Shown in pieces: positions 25,193-61,400 of a DNA stretch of 64,000 nt. Position 1 is the first letter of the stretch. Each line of letters starts with the position of its first letter. Below the pieces are notes generated by a model that searched no databases, was not told the origin of the DNA, and worked only from the letters and a program-made list of their open reading frames with translations. The stretch comes from an uncultured bacterium (GTDB lineage: Bacteria; Acidobacteriota; Thermoanaerobaculia; Multivoradales; JAHZIX01). Made by a program: the position numbers and the translations under genes. The stretch covers positions 84,154 to 148,153 of the forward strand of contig CBDUPA010000019.1 of assembly GCA_965368975.1 (NCBI GenBank), written 5' to 3'.

Positions 25193-26197
25193 CTAAGCTG
25201 ACTTTCGTTCCAGCACCTGCTTGGCGGTGGCGGCGATCGAAGCCGCGTCCATGCCGTACCAGGGCAACATCTCTTCTTGCGGACCAAACTTCTCGGGGAA
25301 GGCGTTGTCGAGCCCGACACGTGCCAGCGGCACCGGAGCGTGCTGCATCAGCACCTCCGCGACCGCGCAGCCCAACCCCGCGTAGATGTTGTGGTCCTCC
25401 ACCGTCACCGCCGCGCCGCAGGCCGCCGCCGCTTCGGCGATCGCCTCGCCATCGAGCGGCTTGAGCGTGTGCACGTTAACCAGCCGAGCCCCGATACCGT
25501 CGGCTCGCAGCTGCTCGACCGCCGCTTGCGCCTCGGCCACCATGAGGTTGCCGGTGGCGAAGATGGCAATGTCGTCACCGTCGCTCAGTTGCACGGCCTT
25601 GCCGATCTGGAAGTCGTAGTCGTCCTGGTACACCTGCGGCGTCTCGGCACGGCCGACCCGGATGTACACCGGACCGTCGTGCTCAAAGGCTGCTCGTGTC
25701 GCCTTGTACGTCTCGATCGAGTCAGCCGGCGACAGCACCACGAAGTTGGGCAACGCCCGCGTGATCGCGTAGTCCTCGATGCAGTAGTGCGTGCTCGCCG
25801 CCAGGCCACCCGAAGTGCCGGAGTAGTAGCCGATCAGCTTGACGTTCGAGTTGTGGTAGGCGATGGCCAGTCGCACCTGCTCGCAGGCGCGCATGATCAG
25901 GAACGAAGCGAAGGAATTGACGAAGGGAACCTTACCGCGTTTGGACATGCCCGCAGCGCAACCAACCAGGTCGGCCTCAGAAATACCCAGTTGCACCCAG
26001 CGCTTCGGGAACACCTCGTGGAAGGGAACCGACGGCATGCCGAGGTCACCTTCCAGCGAGTAGAGGCGCTCGTCCTCGTAGGCCAGTTCCAGCTGTGCCA
26101 TGCGGCACACTTGGCGGCTGGAAAGCCCATAGTGGTCGAGCCATGCCCCGGAGCCGGGACGCAACTCTTCCGGCCGAGACCAGTTGGTCTGAATCAT
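25193..26197 (-). CDS. Transketolase C-terminal (pyrimidine-binding) subunit, paralog 1
   Basis: GISEADLVGCAAG, FASFLIMRACEQVR, STHYCIED, LKPLD and TVEDHNIYAGLG. ATG at 26197 follows GGAGGA. Confidence 0.9.
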   Translation of the reverse strand: MIQTNWSRPEELRPGSGAWLDHYGLSSRQVCRMAQLELAYEDERLYSLEGDLGMPSVPFHEVFPKRWVQLGISEADLVGCAAGMSKRGKVPFVNSFASFLIMRACEQVRLAIAYHNSNVKLIGYYSGTSGGLAASTHYCIEDYAITRALPNFVVLSPADSIETYKATRAAFEHDGPVYIRVGRAETPQVYQDDYDFQIGKAVQLSDGDDIAIFATGNLMVAEAQAAVEQLRADGIGARLVNVHTLKPLDGEAIAEAAAACGAAVTVEDHNIYAGLGCAVAEVLMQHAPVPLARVGLDNAFPEKFGPQEEMLPWYGMDAASIAATAKQVLERKSA

Positions 26198-26260
26198 CAC
26201 TGCTCCTCCAATTGTAGATGCCCGATAGCGGACCAAAGTAAATCAAGGGAAACGGCGGCC

Positions 26261-26288
26261 ATTGTATCGCTTCGCGGAACGAGTTCAA
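26261..26288 (-). promoter_or_regulatory. Candidate sigma70-type promoter for the transketolase/aminotransferase operon
   Basis: The minus strand reads TTGAAC-N16-TACAAT about 64 nt upstream of the 26197 ATG, in the divergent intergenic region. Confidence 0.4.
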
Positions 26289-26610
26289 GCTTCAGACTAC
26301 CGATTCGCGCTCAACTGCCATTCCGGATCCCCGAAAGACACGAGCTGATACGGAGATCGAGGTCGGAAGTTGGGTCCGTAGACCAGTCCCTCGTCCTCGA
26401 GCACGGACCACTCTTCACGCCAGCCCAGCCGTCGAAGACAGCGACGGCCGGAGCCGGAGCTCACCGTATGGGCCGTCGGCGGCCCGTGCACCGGCGGTGG
26501 ATGCCCAAGGATCTCGAGAACCGCGACCTGCCTGTAACGGCGTCACATCCGGCGAAGTCCCATGAGCGAGCCAATCGGATAGACTCGAGGCCTCTCAACC
26601 GAGACCGAAA

Positions 26611-27427
26611 ATGAAACCGATCTCAGCACCGGAGTCTCCCGACATGCCGGCCGGCCAGCCCGCCTGGGCGACTCCTGTCTCGCACGACGCTCACGGAACG
26701 TTCGCCGACCTGGACCTCGACGGCATGCGGCACCGCCTGCGCTGGATTCCACCGGGAACCTTCCTGGCAGGATCTCCCCCCAGCGAAGGCGGCCGCTATG
26801 CCTGGGAAGGGCCACAGACCGAAGTGACGCTACAAGGCTTCTGGCTGGGGGAAACCCCCTGCACGCAAGACGTCTGGCAAGCGGTGACCGGAGACAATCC
26901 GAGCAAGTTCGTCTCTCCGCGACGCCCGGTCGAACAGGTCAGCTGGGACCAGTGCGTCGCCTTCCTGGAGCAGTTGAAGACCCGAGTGCCGTCGCTAGAG
27001 CCGCGCCTGCCCACCGAGGTGGAGTGGGAATATGCCTGCCGTGCCGGAACCTCGACCAGCACCTATGCCGGCGAGTTGGAGATCCTGAGCCCGTACAACG
27101 CGCCACTGCTCGATGAGATCGCCTGGTACGCGGGCAACAGCTGCCACGACTTCGACCTGGACGCTGGTGTCGACGCGACCCGCTGGGCAGACAAGCAATA
27201 TCCGGGCGACCAGGCCGGTACACGCCTCGTCGCGTCGAAGCGGCCCAACCCCTGGGGTCTCTATGACATGTTGGGCAACGTCCTGGAGTGGTGCCAGGAC
27301 ACGGTCGGCTCCAAGCGCGTCAGCCGTGGTGGTTCCTGGAGCTACAGCGCTCGCTGCCTGCGCGCCGCCTACCGTGGCTGGTGGCCACCCAACTCGCGCT
27401 TCTGCGATCTCGGCTTCCGGCTCGCGC

Positions 27428-27435
<8 letters not shown>
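26611..27435 (+). CDS. Formylglycine-generating enzyme (FGE-sulfatase/SUMF1) domain protein
   Basis: RWIPPGTFLAGSP, ETPCTQ, PVEQVSWD, RLPTEVEWEYACRAG, PNPWGLYDMLGNVLEWC and RGGSW...GFRL. It lacks the two-cysteine catalytic loop of true FGE. Confidence 0.88.
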
Positions 27436-52458
<25,023 letters not shown>

Positions 52459-52462
<4 letters not shown>

Positions 52463-55400
52463 GACTCACCTCCCTCGTCGTCGCCTTCGCTCAGCAACAA
52501 CGCCTCTTCGTCCGACAAGTCTTCCAGCTCCGCCAGCAACGCCTGCAACTCTTCGTCCTCTTCCCCTTCCAGCTGGGCCTCCCAGATCGCCGCCGCCATG
52601 GTCTCGAGCACCGGTGCCTGGAAGACCGCGCGCAGTTCCAGATCAACGCCGAAAGTGTCGCGCACGCGCGACAGCAGACGTGTGAGCAAGAGAGAGTGCG
52701 CACCGAGTTCGAACAAGTTATCGTAGACCCCTACCTGGTCGATTTCCAGAATTTCTTGCCACAATTCGGCGAGCGATTCCTCGACCGGGTTGCGCGGCGC
52801 CACGTACTCGCGGCCGCCCGAAGCGTCCGGCGCCGGCAGTGCCTTGCGGTCCACCTTGCCGTTGGGGCTGACCGGCATGGCGTCCAAGATCGTGAACAGG
52901 GTCGGCACCATGTACACCGGTAGACGCTGCTGCAAGAACGTCTGCAACTGCGGGACGCGCAAGCTCTCGCCTTCCTCCAGCACCAGGTAGGCCACCAGCT
53001 GCTGTCCGCGGCCGCCCTCGACCACCATCGCCGCCGCCTCGCGCACCTGCTCGTAGGCGGTCAGAGCCTTCTCGATCTCGCCCAGCTCGATGCGCAGCCC
53101 GCGCAATTTGACCTGGAAGTCAGCGCGGCCAAGGAAATCCATGTCGCCGTCCGGCAAGTAGCGCACCAGGTCACCGGTGCGGTAGATGCGCGCGCCCGCC
53201 GGGATCGAGCCACGGCCAGCGAAGGGATGCGGCAGGAAGCTCTGCGCCGTGCGCGCCGGCCGCCGGTGGTAGCCGCGCGCCAGGCCGGCGCCGCCGACGT
53301 AGAGTTCACCCGTGACGCCGACGGGCACCGGCTCGACACCGCCCGCGGGCGTCGGCGCCAGCAGGTGGATGTCGCTGTTGTCGAGCGCTCGGCCGATGCT
53401 CGGCAGCTCCTTGCCACCGGCCGGAATGCGGCCCTCGGCATGCACCGGCACCGCGGTACAGGTCACCGAGTACTCGGCCGGACCGTAGTGGTTGTAGGCG
53501 GTGAAGACGGCGTCCGGCGACGCTCGGCGACGCAGGCGGTCGGCACCGATGATCAGCGCGCGCACCGCCAGGCGCGGATCCTTGTGCGCCTCCTCGGCCA
53601 TCACGCCCTCCGCCAGCAGCACCATGAGGAACGCCAGCGTGATGCGCTCGCGCCGCCACCAGTCGACCATGCCGGTCGACGACAAGCGCGTCTCGCCGCT
53701 CGGGATGTGCACCGACGCACCAGCCGCCAGGTACGGCCACAGCTCCCACACTGCGGCGTCGAAGGCCGGGCTGGCGATCTGGGTAGCACGGTCGTCGCGG
53801 GTCACGCCGTAGTAGCGGCAGTGCCAGCGCACCAGGTTGGAGAGGCCAGCGTGCGGCGTCTGGACACCCTTGGGACGGCCGGTCGAGCCGGAAGTGAAGA
53901 CGACGTAGGCCAGGTTGTCGGCCGACACCCGCGGCACCTCGTCCAGCGGTCGCGCCGCCGGCAGATCGCTGTCGACCTTCCACCAGTGGCTGTCCAGGCA
54001 CAGGGTCTCGTAGCCCTCGGGCAGCTGGCCGGCGATCGACGCCTCGGTGAGCACCAGAGCTTGCTCCAGGTCTTCCAGCTGCAGAGCCAGGCGCTGCGGC
54101 GGGTGCGTCGGGTCGAGCGCGGCGTAGGCGGCGCCCGTCTTGAGCACCGCCAGACAGGCGATCGGCCGCTCGGGCGAATCGCGGCGCAGGCACAGCGGCA
54201 CCACCGACTCCGGGCCGATGCCACGGCCGCGCAGGTAGCGCGCCAGGCGCTCGGAGCGCTCGTGCAGGGCGCCGTAGCTGAGCGCCCCCGCGTTGGCTGA
54301 CGCCGGGAGCGGTCCCAACGCAGGCGACAGCTCGGACGAAGGCTCCCAGCTGACCGCGACGGCGTCCGGACGCGCCAGCGCCTGCGCGGTCACCAGCTCG
54401 TGCACCGGCGGCTCGTCCCATACATCCGGCCCGACGGCGCTGTCGTTCCATTCGTGAATCGCGGCCAGGCGCTCGGCGTCGGTGAGCAGCGGCAGGCTGT
54501 CGTAGGCGCGCTCGGGCTCGGCCAGCGCCGCCTGCACCAGCACGTGCAGATGACGCACCATGCGCTGCACGGTGGTGCGATCGAAGAGACCGTCGTTGTA
54601 CTCGGCGGAGCCCGCGAGGACCGGCCGGCCATCCTCGCTGCCGCCCTCGTTGAGGGTCAGGGTGAGGTCGAATTTGGCCGTGCCGGTGGCGGCCTGCAAG
54701 CCCTCGATCTTCAAGCCCGGCAGTTCCAGACGGCCGGCGGGAGTGTTCTGCAGCGCGAAGACGACCTGGATCATTGGCGCCCGGCTGACGTCACGGTCGC
54801 GGCTCATCGCCTCCACCAGGCGCTCGAAGGGCACGTCCTGGTGCGCATAAGCGTCGAGCGTGACGTCGCGCACCCGGCGCACCAGTTCCAGCAAGCCGGG
54901 AGCTGCTTCATCCGCCGCCGGGCGCAGGTCGCCGCGCAGCATCAGCATGTTGACGAAGAAGCCGATCAGGCCCTCGATCTCGGCACGGTTGCGACCGGCG
55001 ACAGGGGAGCCGAGCAGCATGTCGCGCTGGTTGGCGTAGCGGCCGAGCAGCACCTGGAAGAGCGTCAGCAGGACCATGAAGGGCGTGGCGGTGAGCTGAC
55101 GGCACAAGCGCGTCAAGCCTTCGGGGCGCGGCCACTCGAAGAGCACGCGGTCGCCGCTGACGTCGACATCCGCCGTGCGCGGACGGTCCATCGGCAGTTC
55201 GAGCGCGCGCGGCACACCTTCCAGGCGGCCTTGCCAGTGCTCCAGCTCGGCCTCCAATGCTTCGCCTTGCAGCCAGTCGCGCTGCCAGACGGCAAAGTCA
55301 GCGTACTGCAACGACAGGGGTTCGAGCACGCTGGCGGGCTCGGGGGCGTCTGGATCCTCGGCGCGGCGTAAGAAGGCACGGTAGAGCGCCACCAGTTCGC

Positions 55401-58400
55401 GCACCAGGATGCCGGTCGACCAGCCGTCCCCGACGATGTGGTGGAAGCCGGCAAGCAACGCCTGATCTTCAACAGCCAGCTCGACCAGCACAGCGCGGAA
55501 CAGTGGTCCACGCCGCAGGTCGAAGGGCAAGCGTGCCTGCGCTTCCACCAGGCGCTGCAGCTCGGCGGCGCGCGCCACTGCCGTCAGGGCCCGCAGATCG
55601 AGTCGCGCCAGCGCCAGCGACTCGGCCGGGTGGATGCGCTGCTGCGGCGCCCCCGCTACCTCGACGAAGGTGACGCGCAACGCCTCGTGGCGACGGCGGA
55701 TCTCGTCTAGCGCCAGCGCCAGGGCTCGGCGATCGAGTCGACCGCGTAGGCGCAGTGAGGCGGGAATGTTGTAGAGCGGGCTGCCCGGGATCAGGCGGTC
55801 GAGGAACCACAAGCGCTGCTGACCAAAGGACACCGGCAGCGTCGAACCGTCGCGCGGCAGCGCCCGCATCGGCGGCACGGCTCCCCCAGCGGCCCCGCCC
55901 ACCCCAGCGCCCGCGGCCCGCTCGGCCTGGCGAGCTTCGACCGCCGCCGCCAGCTCGGCCAGCACCGGCGCCTCGAAGACCACGCGCACCGGCAACTCGA
56001 CCGCCAGCTGTTCGCGCAAACGCGACACCAGCTGCGTGGCGAGCAGGGAGTGCCCGCCGAGTTCGAAGAAGTTGGCGCGCCGTGGCACCTCGGGCACCGC
56101 CAGCAAGTCCGACCAGACGCCCGCGATCAGCTGTTCCATCGGCGACGCCGGCAGCTCCTGGTCGCCCGTCAGGACGACCGCCGGCAGCGGCAGCGCCGCC
56201 AGGAAGCGGCGGTCGACCTTGGCGCTGGAGGTCAACGGCAACTCCTCGAGCACGGCGAGCAACGCCGGCACCATGTAGGCCGGCAAGCGCTCGCCCAGCC
56301 AGGCACGCAGCTCGCTTGGCTCGATTTCGATCCCGCCCTCCTCCTCGACCGGCGCAGTATCGGAGGACCCGATCTGCAGCGCGACGTAGGCGACCAGTTG
56401 CGCGGGTGCGGTGTCCTCCACCTTGGGCACCACGACGCCGGCACGCCGCACCGCCGGATGCGTCTCCAGCACCGCCTCGATCTCCTCTAGCTCGATGCGG
56501 AAGCCGCGGATCTTGACCTGGTGATCAATGCGGCCGAGGTATGCGACCGTGCCGTCCGGACGCCAGCGGACCAGGTCACCGGTGCGGTAGAGACGGTCCC
56601 CGGCACGGGACATCGACAAGGTCGCTGTGCAGGAAACCGGCGTCAAGGGATCCGGCACGAAGACCTCGGCCGTGCGCGCCGGCTGGCCGAGGTAACCACG
56701 CGCGACGCCGGCACCCCCGATCGCCAGCTCACCGGCGGCGCCGGCGGGCTGTGGCTCGAAGCCCGGGCCGAGGACGCGCAGCGCGGCGCCGGGCAACGGG
56801 CGACCGAGGTGCACAGCCGTGCCGGTCATGCGCGCGGCGGTGGCGTCGACGGTGGTCTCGGTCGGTCCATAGACGTTGACGCCGGTCAAAGCCGTGCCCG
56901 CAAGCTTGCTTCCCGAAAGCCGGCGCCACAGCTCCGGCGTCACCGCTTCACCACCCACCAGCAGGCGGCGGCTGGGACCGCGCTGCAACTCGGCGAGCGC
57001 CGGCCCGAGTGCCGTCAGCTGACTGGGCGTGGCGTCGACGGCCTGCAGACCACCATGCTGTAGCCACGCTGCCCAGGCACGCGGCTCCAGGCGGTCAGCC
57101 TCGTCGACCAGGTAGAGGGTGTGGCCGTCGGCCAGCTGTAGCCACTGCTTGACCGAGGCGTCGAAGGCGACGGAAGCGTTGAGCCCGACGCGCAGGCCCG
57201 CGCCGTCGCCAGCCGCCGCTACGGGTATCCCTGCCCCGTCGCGCGCCAGGCCGGCATAGACGGCCGCGCGCAGGGCCGTGCGTAGAAAGTCGAGACCGCC
57301 GTGGCGTACCATCACGCCCTTGGGACGGCCGGTAGAGCCCGAGGTGTAGAGCACGTAGGCCAGCTGGTACGGAGAGCTCACCGGCACGACAGCCGAGGCG
57401 AGCGGCAACGGTGCCAAGCCAGCAAGGGCGCGGCGGTCGTCGAGCACGACGGCGGGCGCGGCTTCGTCCAGCACCTGGCGACGTCGTTCCTCGGGCCAGC
57501 CGGGCTCCAGCGGCACATAGGCGGCGCCGGCGGCAAGCACGCCGAGCAGTGCCACCATTAGCTCCGGCGAACGCTCGAGGCTGATGGCGACCAGCGGTTC
57601 ACGGTGGCTCTGCGCCTCTTGCGCCCGGCGCTCCGCGATCTGCCGGGCAAGCTGCCGAGACAGGGCCGCGGCCCGACCGGCGGTGGCGGCGAAGCTGAGG
57701 TGGTGGTGACGGTGCACCAGGGCGACGGCGTCGGGACGGGCGGCGGCAGCAGCGAAGAAAGCGGCGGGCCAGGACTCGAAGCCGCTCGTGGTGGCGATGC
57801 CAGGCTCGGCAGGTGACGCGACGTCGTTCCATTCCCTCAGCGTCTGGTGCCGCTCGGCCGGAGCCAGCAGTGGCAAGGCGCTCACGTCGGTCTGCGGCGC
57901 CGCCGCCAGCTCCACCAGCAAGCGACCGAGACCGGCTTGCAGGCGCCGCGCGGTGGTGGCGTCGAAGAGATCGCTGTTGTAGCCCAGACGGCCGCTCCAG
58001 CGCGTTTCGCCCGCCCCGATTGGCGCCCCAGCTGGCGTCTCGGTTGGCGTCTCGGCGAGGTTCCAGATCAGCTCGAACTTGGTCTGCCGGTTCTCCACCT
58101 CGAACGGGCGCAGCTCCAGCTGGTCGAGTTCCAGGCCCTCGACCGGCGTGTTCTGCAGCACCAGCATGACCTGGAACAGCGGCGTGCGCGCCAGGTCGCG
58201 CTCGGTCTGCACTTCGTCGACCAGACGCTCGAAGGGCACGTCCTGGCGGGCCAGTGCTTCCATCGCCCGCTCGCGTGCCTGGCGCAGCAGCGCCGCGCCG
58301 CTCAGCGCACGGCCGTCCTCGGTCAGCTGGCCGCGGAAGACCAGCGTGTTGATGAAGAAACCGATGAGCGGTTCGATCTCGGCGCGCGTACGGCCGGCGA

Positions 58401-61400
58401 TCGGACTGCCGATGCTGACGTCGGAGGCGCGGCTGAAGCGACCGAGCAGCAGTTGCAGCGCCGCCAGCAGCACCATGAACGGCGTCGCCCGGAAGTCACC
58501 GCTCAGGCGGCCGAGGGCCGCGCTTGCCGCGCCGTCGAGGGAGATCGGCAGCCAGGCGCCGCGCGTGCTCAGCCGCGGCGGGCGCGGCCGATCGGTCGCC
58601 AGGCTGAGCGGTTCGGCGCCGCGCAGACGCTCCCGCCAGTAGCCGAGCTGCTCGTCGAGCACCGGACCTTCGAGGTAGCGGCGCTGCCAGACGGCGTAGT
58701 CGGCGTACTGGAGCTCCAGCTCGGGCAGCTCGGGCACCGTACCCTCGCCGCCGACGGCCACTTCGCGAGCGTAGAGCGCACCCAGCTCGCGCACCAGAAT
58801 GCCCATCGACCAGGCATCGCTGACGATGTGGTGCATGCTGCCGACCAGGACGTGATTCTCAGGGCTCTCGGTGATGACCACGGCGTGCAGCAGCGGCGCG
58901 CGGCCGAGGTCGAAGGGACGCTCGACCTCGCGGCGCGCCAGGCGGTCGGTCTCGGCGGCGCGTTCCCCGTCGTGCAGGCGGCCGAGGTCGAGGCAGCTCC
59001 ACTGCCGCGCCAGCTGCCGGCGTGCCGCCGACGGCCGGGAGATCACCTGCGCCGGCTGGCCGTCGCGGCTGACAAAGTGGCTGCGCAGGGTCTCGTGGCG
59101 GCGCACCACGCCGACCATGGCGGCGAACAGCGCACCGCGATCGAGCACGCCGTCGAGACGCAGAGTCACGGGCACGCTGTACAGTGCTCCCCCGTCGGGC
59201 AAGTCGTCGAGCAGCTGGTCGAGGAACCACAGGCGTTGCTGTGCGAAGGACAGCGGCAACGGTTCCGACACCTCGCCGCTCCAGGTTCGAGGCTGTGGCT
59301 CGGGCGGCGGCACGCGCACGGCACCGGCGGCGCGACCTTCGTCGGTCGCCCGCGTCACCACCGCCGCCAGGCCAGCGACGGTCGGATTCTCCATCACCGC
59401 GCGCAGCGAGATCTCGACGCCTGTCGCCTGTTCCAACCGGTTGTTGAGACGGGTGGCAAGCAACGAGTGGCCGCCCAGGGCGAAGAAGTCGGCGTGACGA
59501 CTGACACCCGCGACACCGGCACCCTCGAGGCCCAGCAGCTCGACGAACAGCGCCGCCACCTGTTCTTCGACAGCCCCGCGCGGCGGCTCGTCGACTTCAC
59601 CACCGGCGCCAGCACCCAGCGATGCTGGCGCCGGCAGCGCGGCCAGCGCTTTGCGGTCCACCTTGCCGTTGGGGCTCAGCGGCAAGGCTTCGAGCAGCTC
59701 CCAGGCCACCGGCACCATGTAGGCGGGCAGCTTCTCGCGCGCCAGTTCGGTCAGCTCGGCGACCAGGCGCGTGCGCGTCGAGTCGTCGGCAAGTTGCTCC
59801 GCGTCGACCGCCAGGTAGGCGACCAGGCGCTGGACCGCCGCTTCTCCGGCGGTATCCTCGCGCACCAGCGCCGCGGCGTCGCGCACCGACGGATGGCGAC
59901 TCAGCGCCGACTCGATCTCGCCCAGCTCGATGCGTAGCCCTCGCAGCTTGACCTGGAAGTCGGCACGGCCCAGGAAGTCGAGATCGCCGTCCGGCAGGGC
60001 GCGCACCAGGTCACCCGTGCGGTAGATGCGCTCGCCGACGGCCGTGCCGGCGCTGCCGGAGAACGGGTGCGGCAGGAAGCTCTGCGCCGTGCGCCCGGGA
60101 CGCTGGTGGTAGCCACGTGCCAAGCCGAGGCCGCCCAGGTACAGCTCTCCGGTGACACCGATCGGTACCGAGCGGCCAATACCGGTGGCGGATGGCACGA
60201 ACAAGTGGATGTCGGTGTTGTCGATGGCGCGGCCGATGGTCGGCAGGCCACTGCCGGAACGGCCGTCGCCGAAGGGCGGTACCGCCACGACGGTGCAGGT
60301 CACCGAGTACTCGGCCGGACCGTAGTGATTCATCGGTACGAACACCGCCCGGGGGTGCGGCCGACGTCGCAGGCGGTCGCCGCCCAAGATCAGCGCGCGC
60401 GCCGCCAGGTTTGGATCCGCGTGCAACGGTGACGGCTCCGGGTCGTCCGCCAGATCAGAAGCCGTGTGGCCCAGCACGCCCTCGGCCAGCACTCCCTCGG
60501 CCAGGGGTGTCATCAAGTACGGCAGCGTGATGCGCTCGCGCCGCCACCAGGTGAGCATGCCCGGGGCCGACAGGCGCGTCTCCTCGTCCGGAATGTGCAC
60601 CGAGGCGCCGGCCGCCAGGTAGGGCCACAGCTCCCATACCGAAGCGTCAAAGGCCGGGCTGGCGACCTGGGTGGCGCGGTCGTCCGCGGTCACCGTGTAC
60701 TGACGCTGGTGCCAGTAGGCCAGGTTGCTGAGGCCGAGGTGCGGCGTCTGCACGCCCTTCGGCTTGCCGGTCGAGCCCGAGGTGTAGACGACATAAGCCA
60801 GATTGGCCGGCGAGACCTGCACCGGCGGCAAGGCTTCCGTTCCAGTTCCAGCGGCATCGGGTGGGTCGGCGACCAGGGCCTGCCAGTCGCGATCCAGAAC
60901 CACCGCCTCGACCTCCGCCGGCACAGCGTCGCGGTAGCGCATCTCGGTCAACACGATCGGCCGCCGGAGCTGGCCTTCACTCTGCTCGCCACTCTCTGGC
61001 AGCTGGGCCAGACCTTGCAGCTGGACCAGACCTTGCAGCTGGGCCAGATCTTGTAGCTGAAAAGCCAGGCGCTCGGCGGGATGCGAAGGGTCGAGCGACA
61101 CGTAAGCGGCGCCCGCCTGCAACACACCCAGGCTGGCGATCACGCGCTCGGCGCTGTCCCGGCCGAGCATCAGGGCGACCAGCGACTCAGGCCCGAGACC
61201 GCGCCGGTGCAGGGACCAGGCCAGGCGGCCGGCGCGTCGCTGCAACTCACCGTAGCTGAGCACGCCACGCCCACCGGGGCCAAAGCCGCTGAGCACGACC
61301 GCGTGCGGGCGCTGCCGTGCCTGTTCCAGCGTACGCTCGTGCACCAACGGGCGGACCGGATCGCGTACCAGGGTGTCGTTCCACTCCCGTGCCAGCTGGT

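Noticed and set aside
21891-26197. Housekeeping pentose-phosphate transketolase, DXP synthase or pyruvate dehydrogenase E1
   Set aside because: The duplicated beta subunits, altered acceptor residues, interleaved DegT gene, lack of an E2/lipoyl partner and BGC context argue for a specialised role.
26297-26491. 64-aa minus ORF containing GLVYGPNFR, reminiscent of a PKS dehydratase motif or a small carrier protein
   Set aside because: It has no RBS, no MbtH or LysW signature and an upstream in-frame stop. The single short motif match is probably chance.
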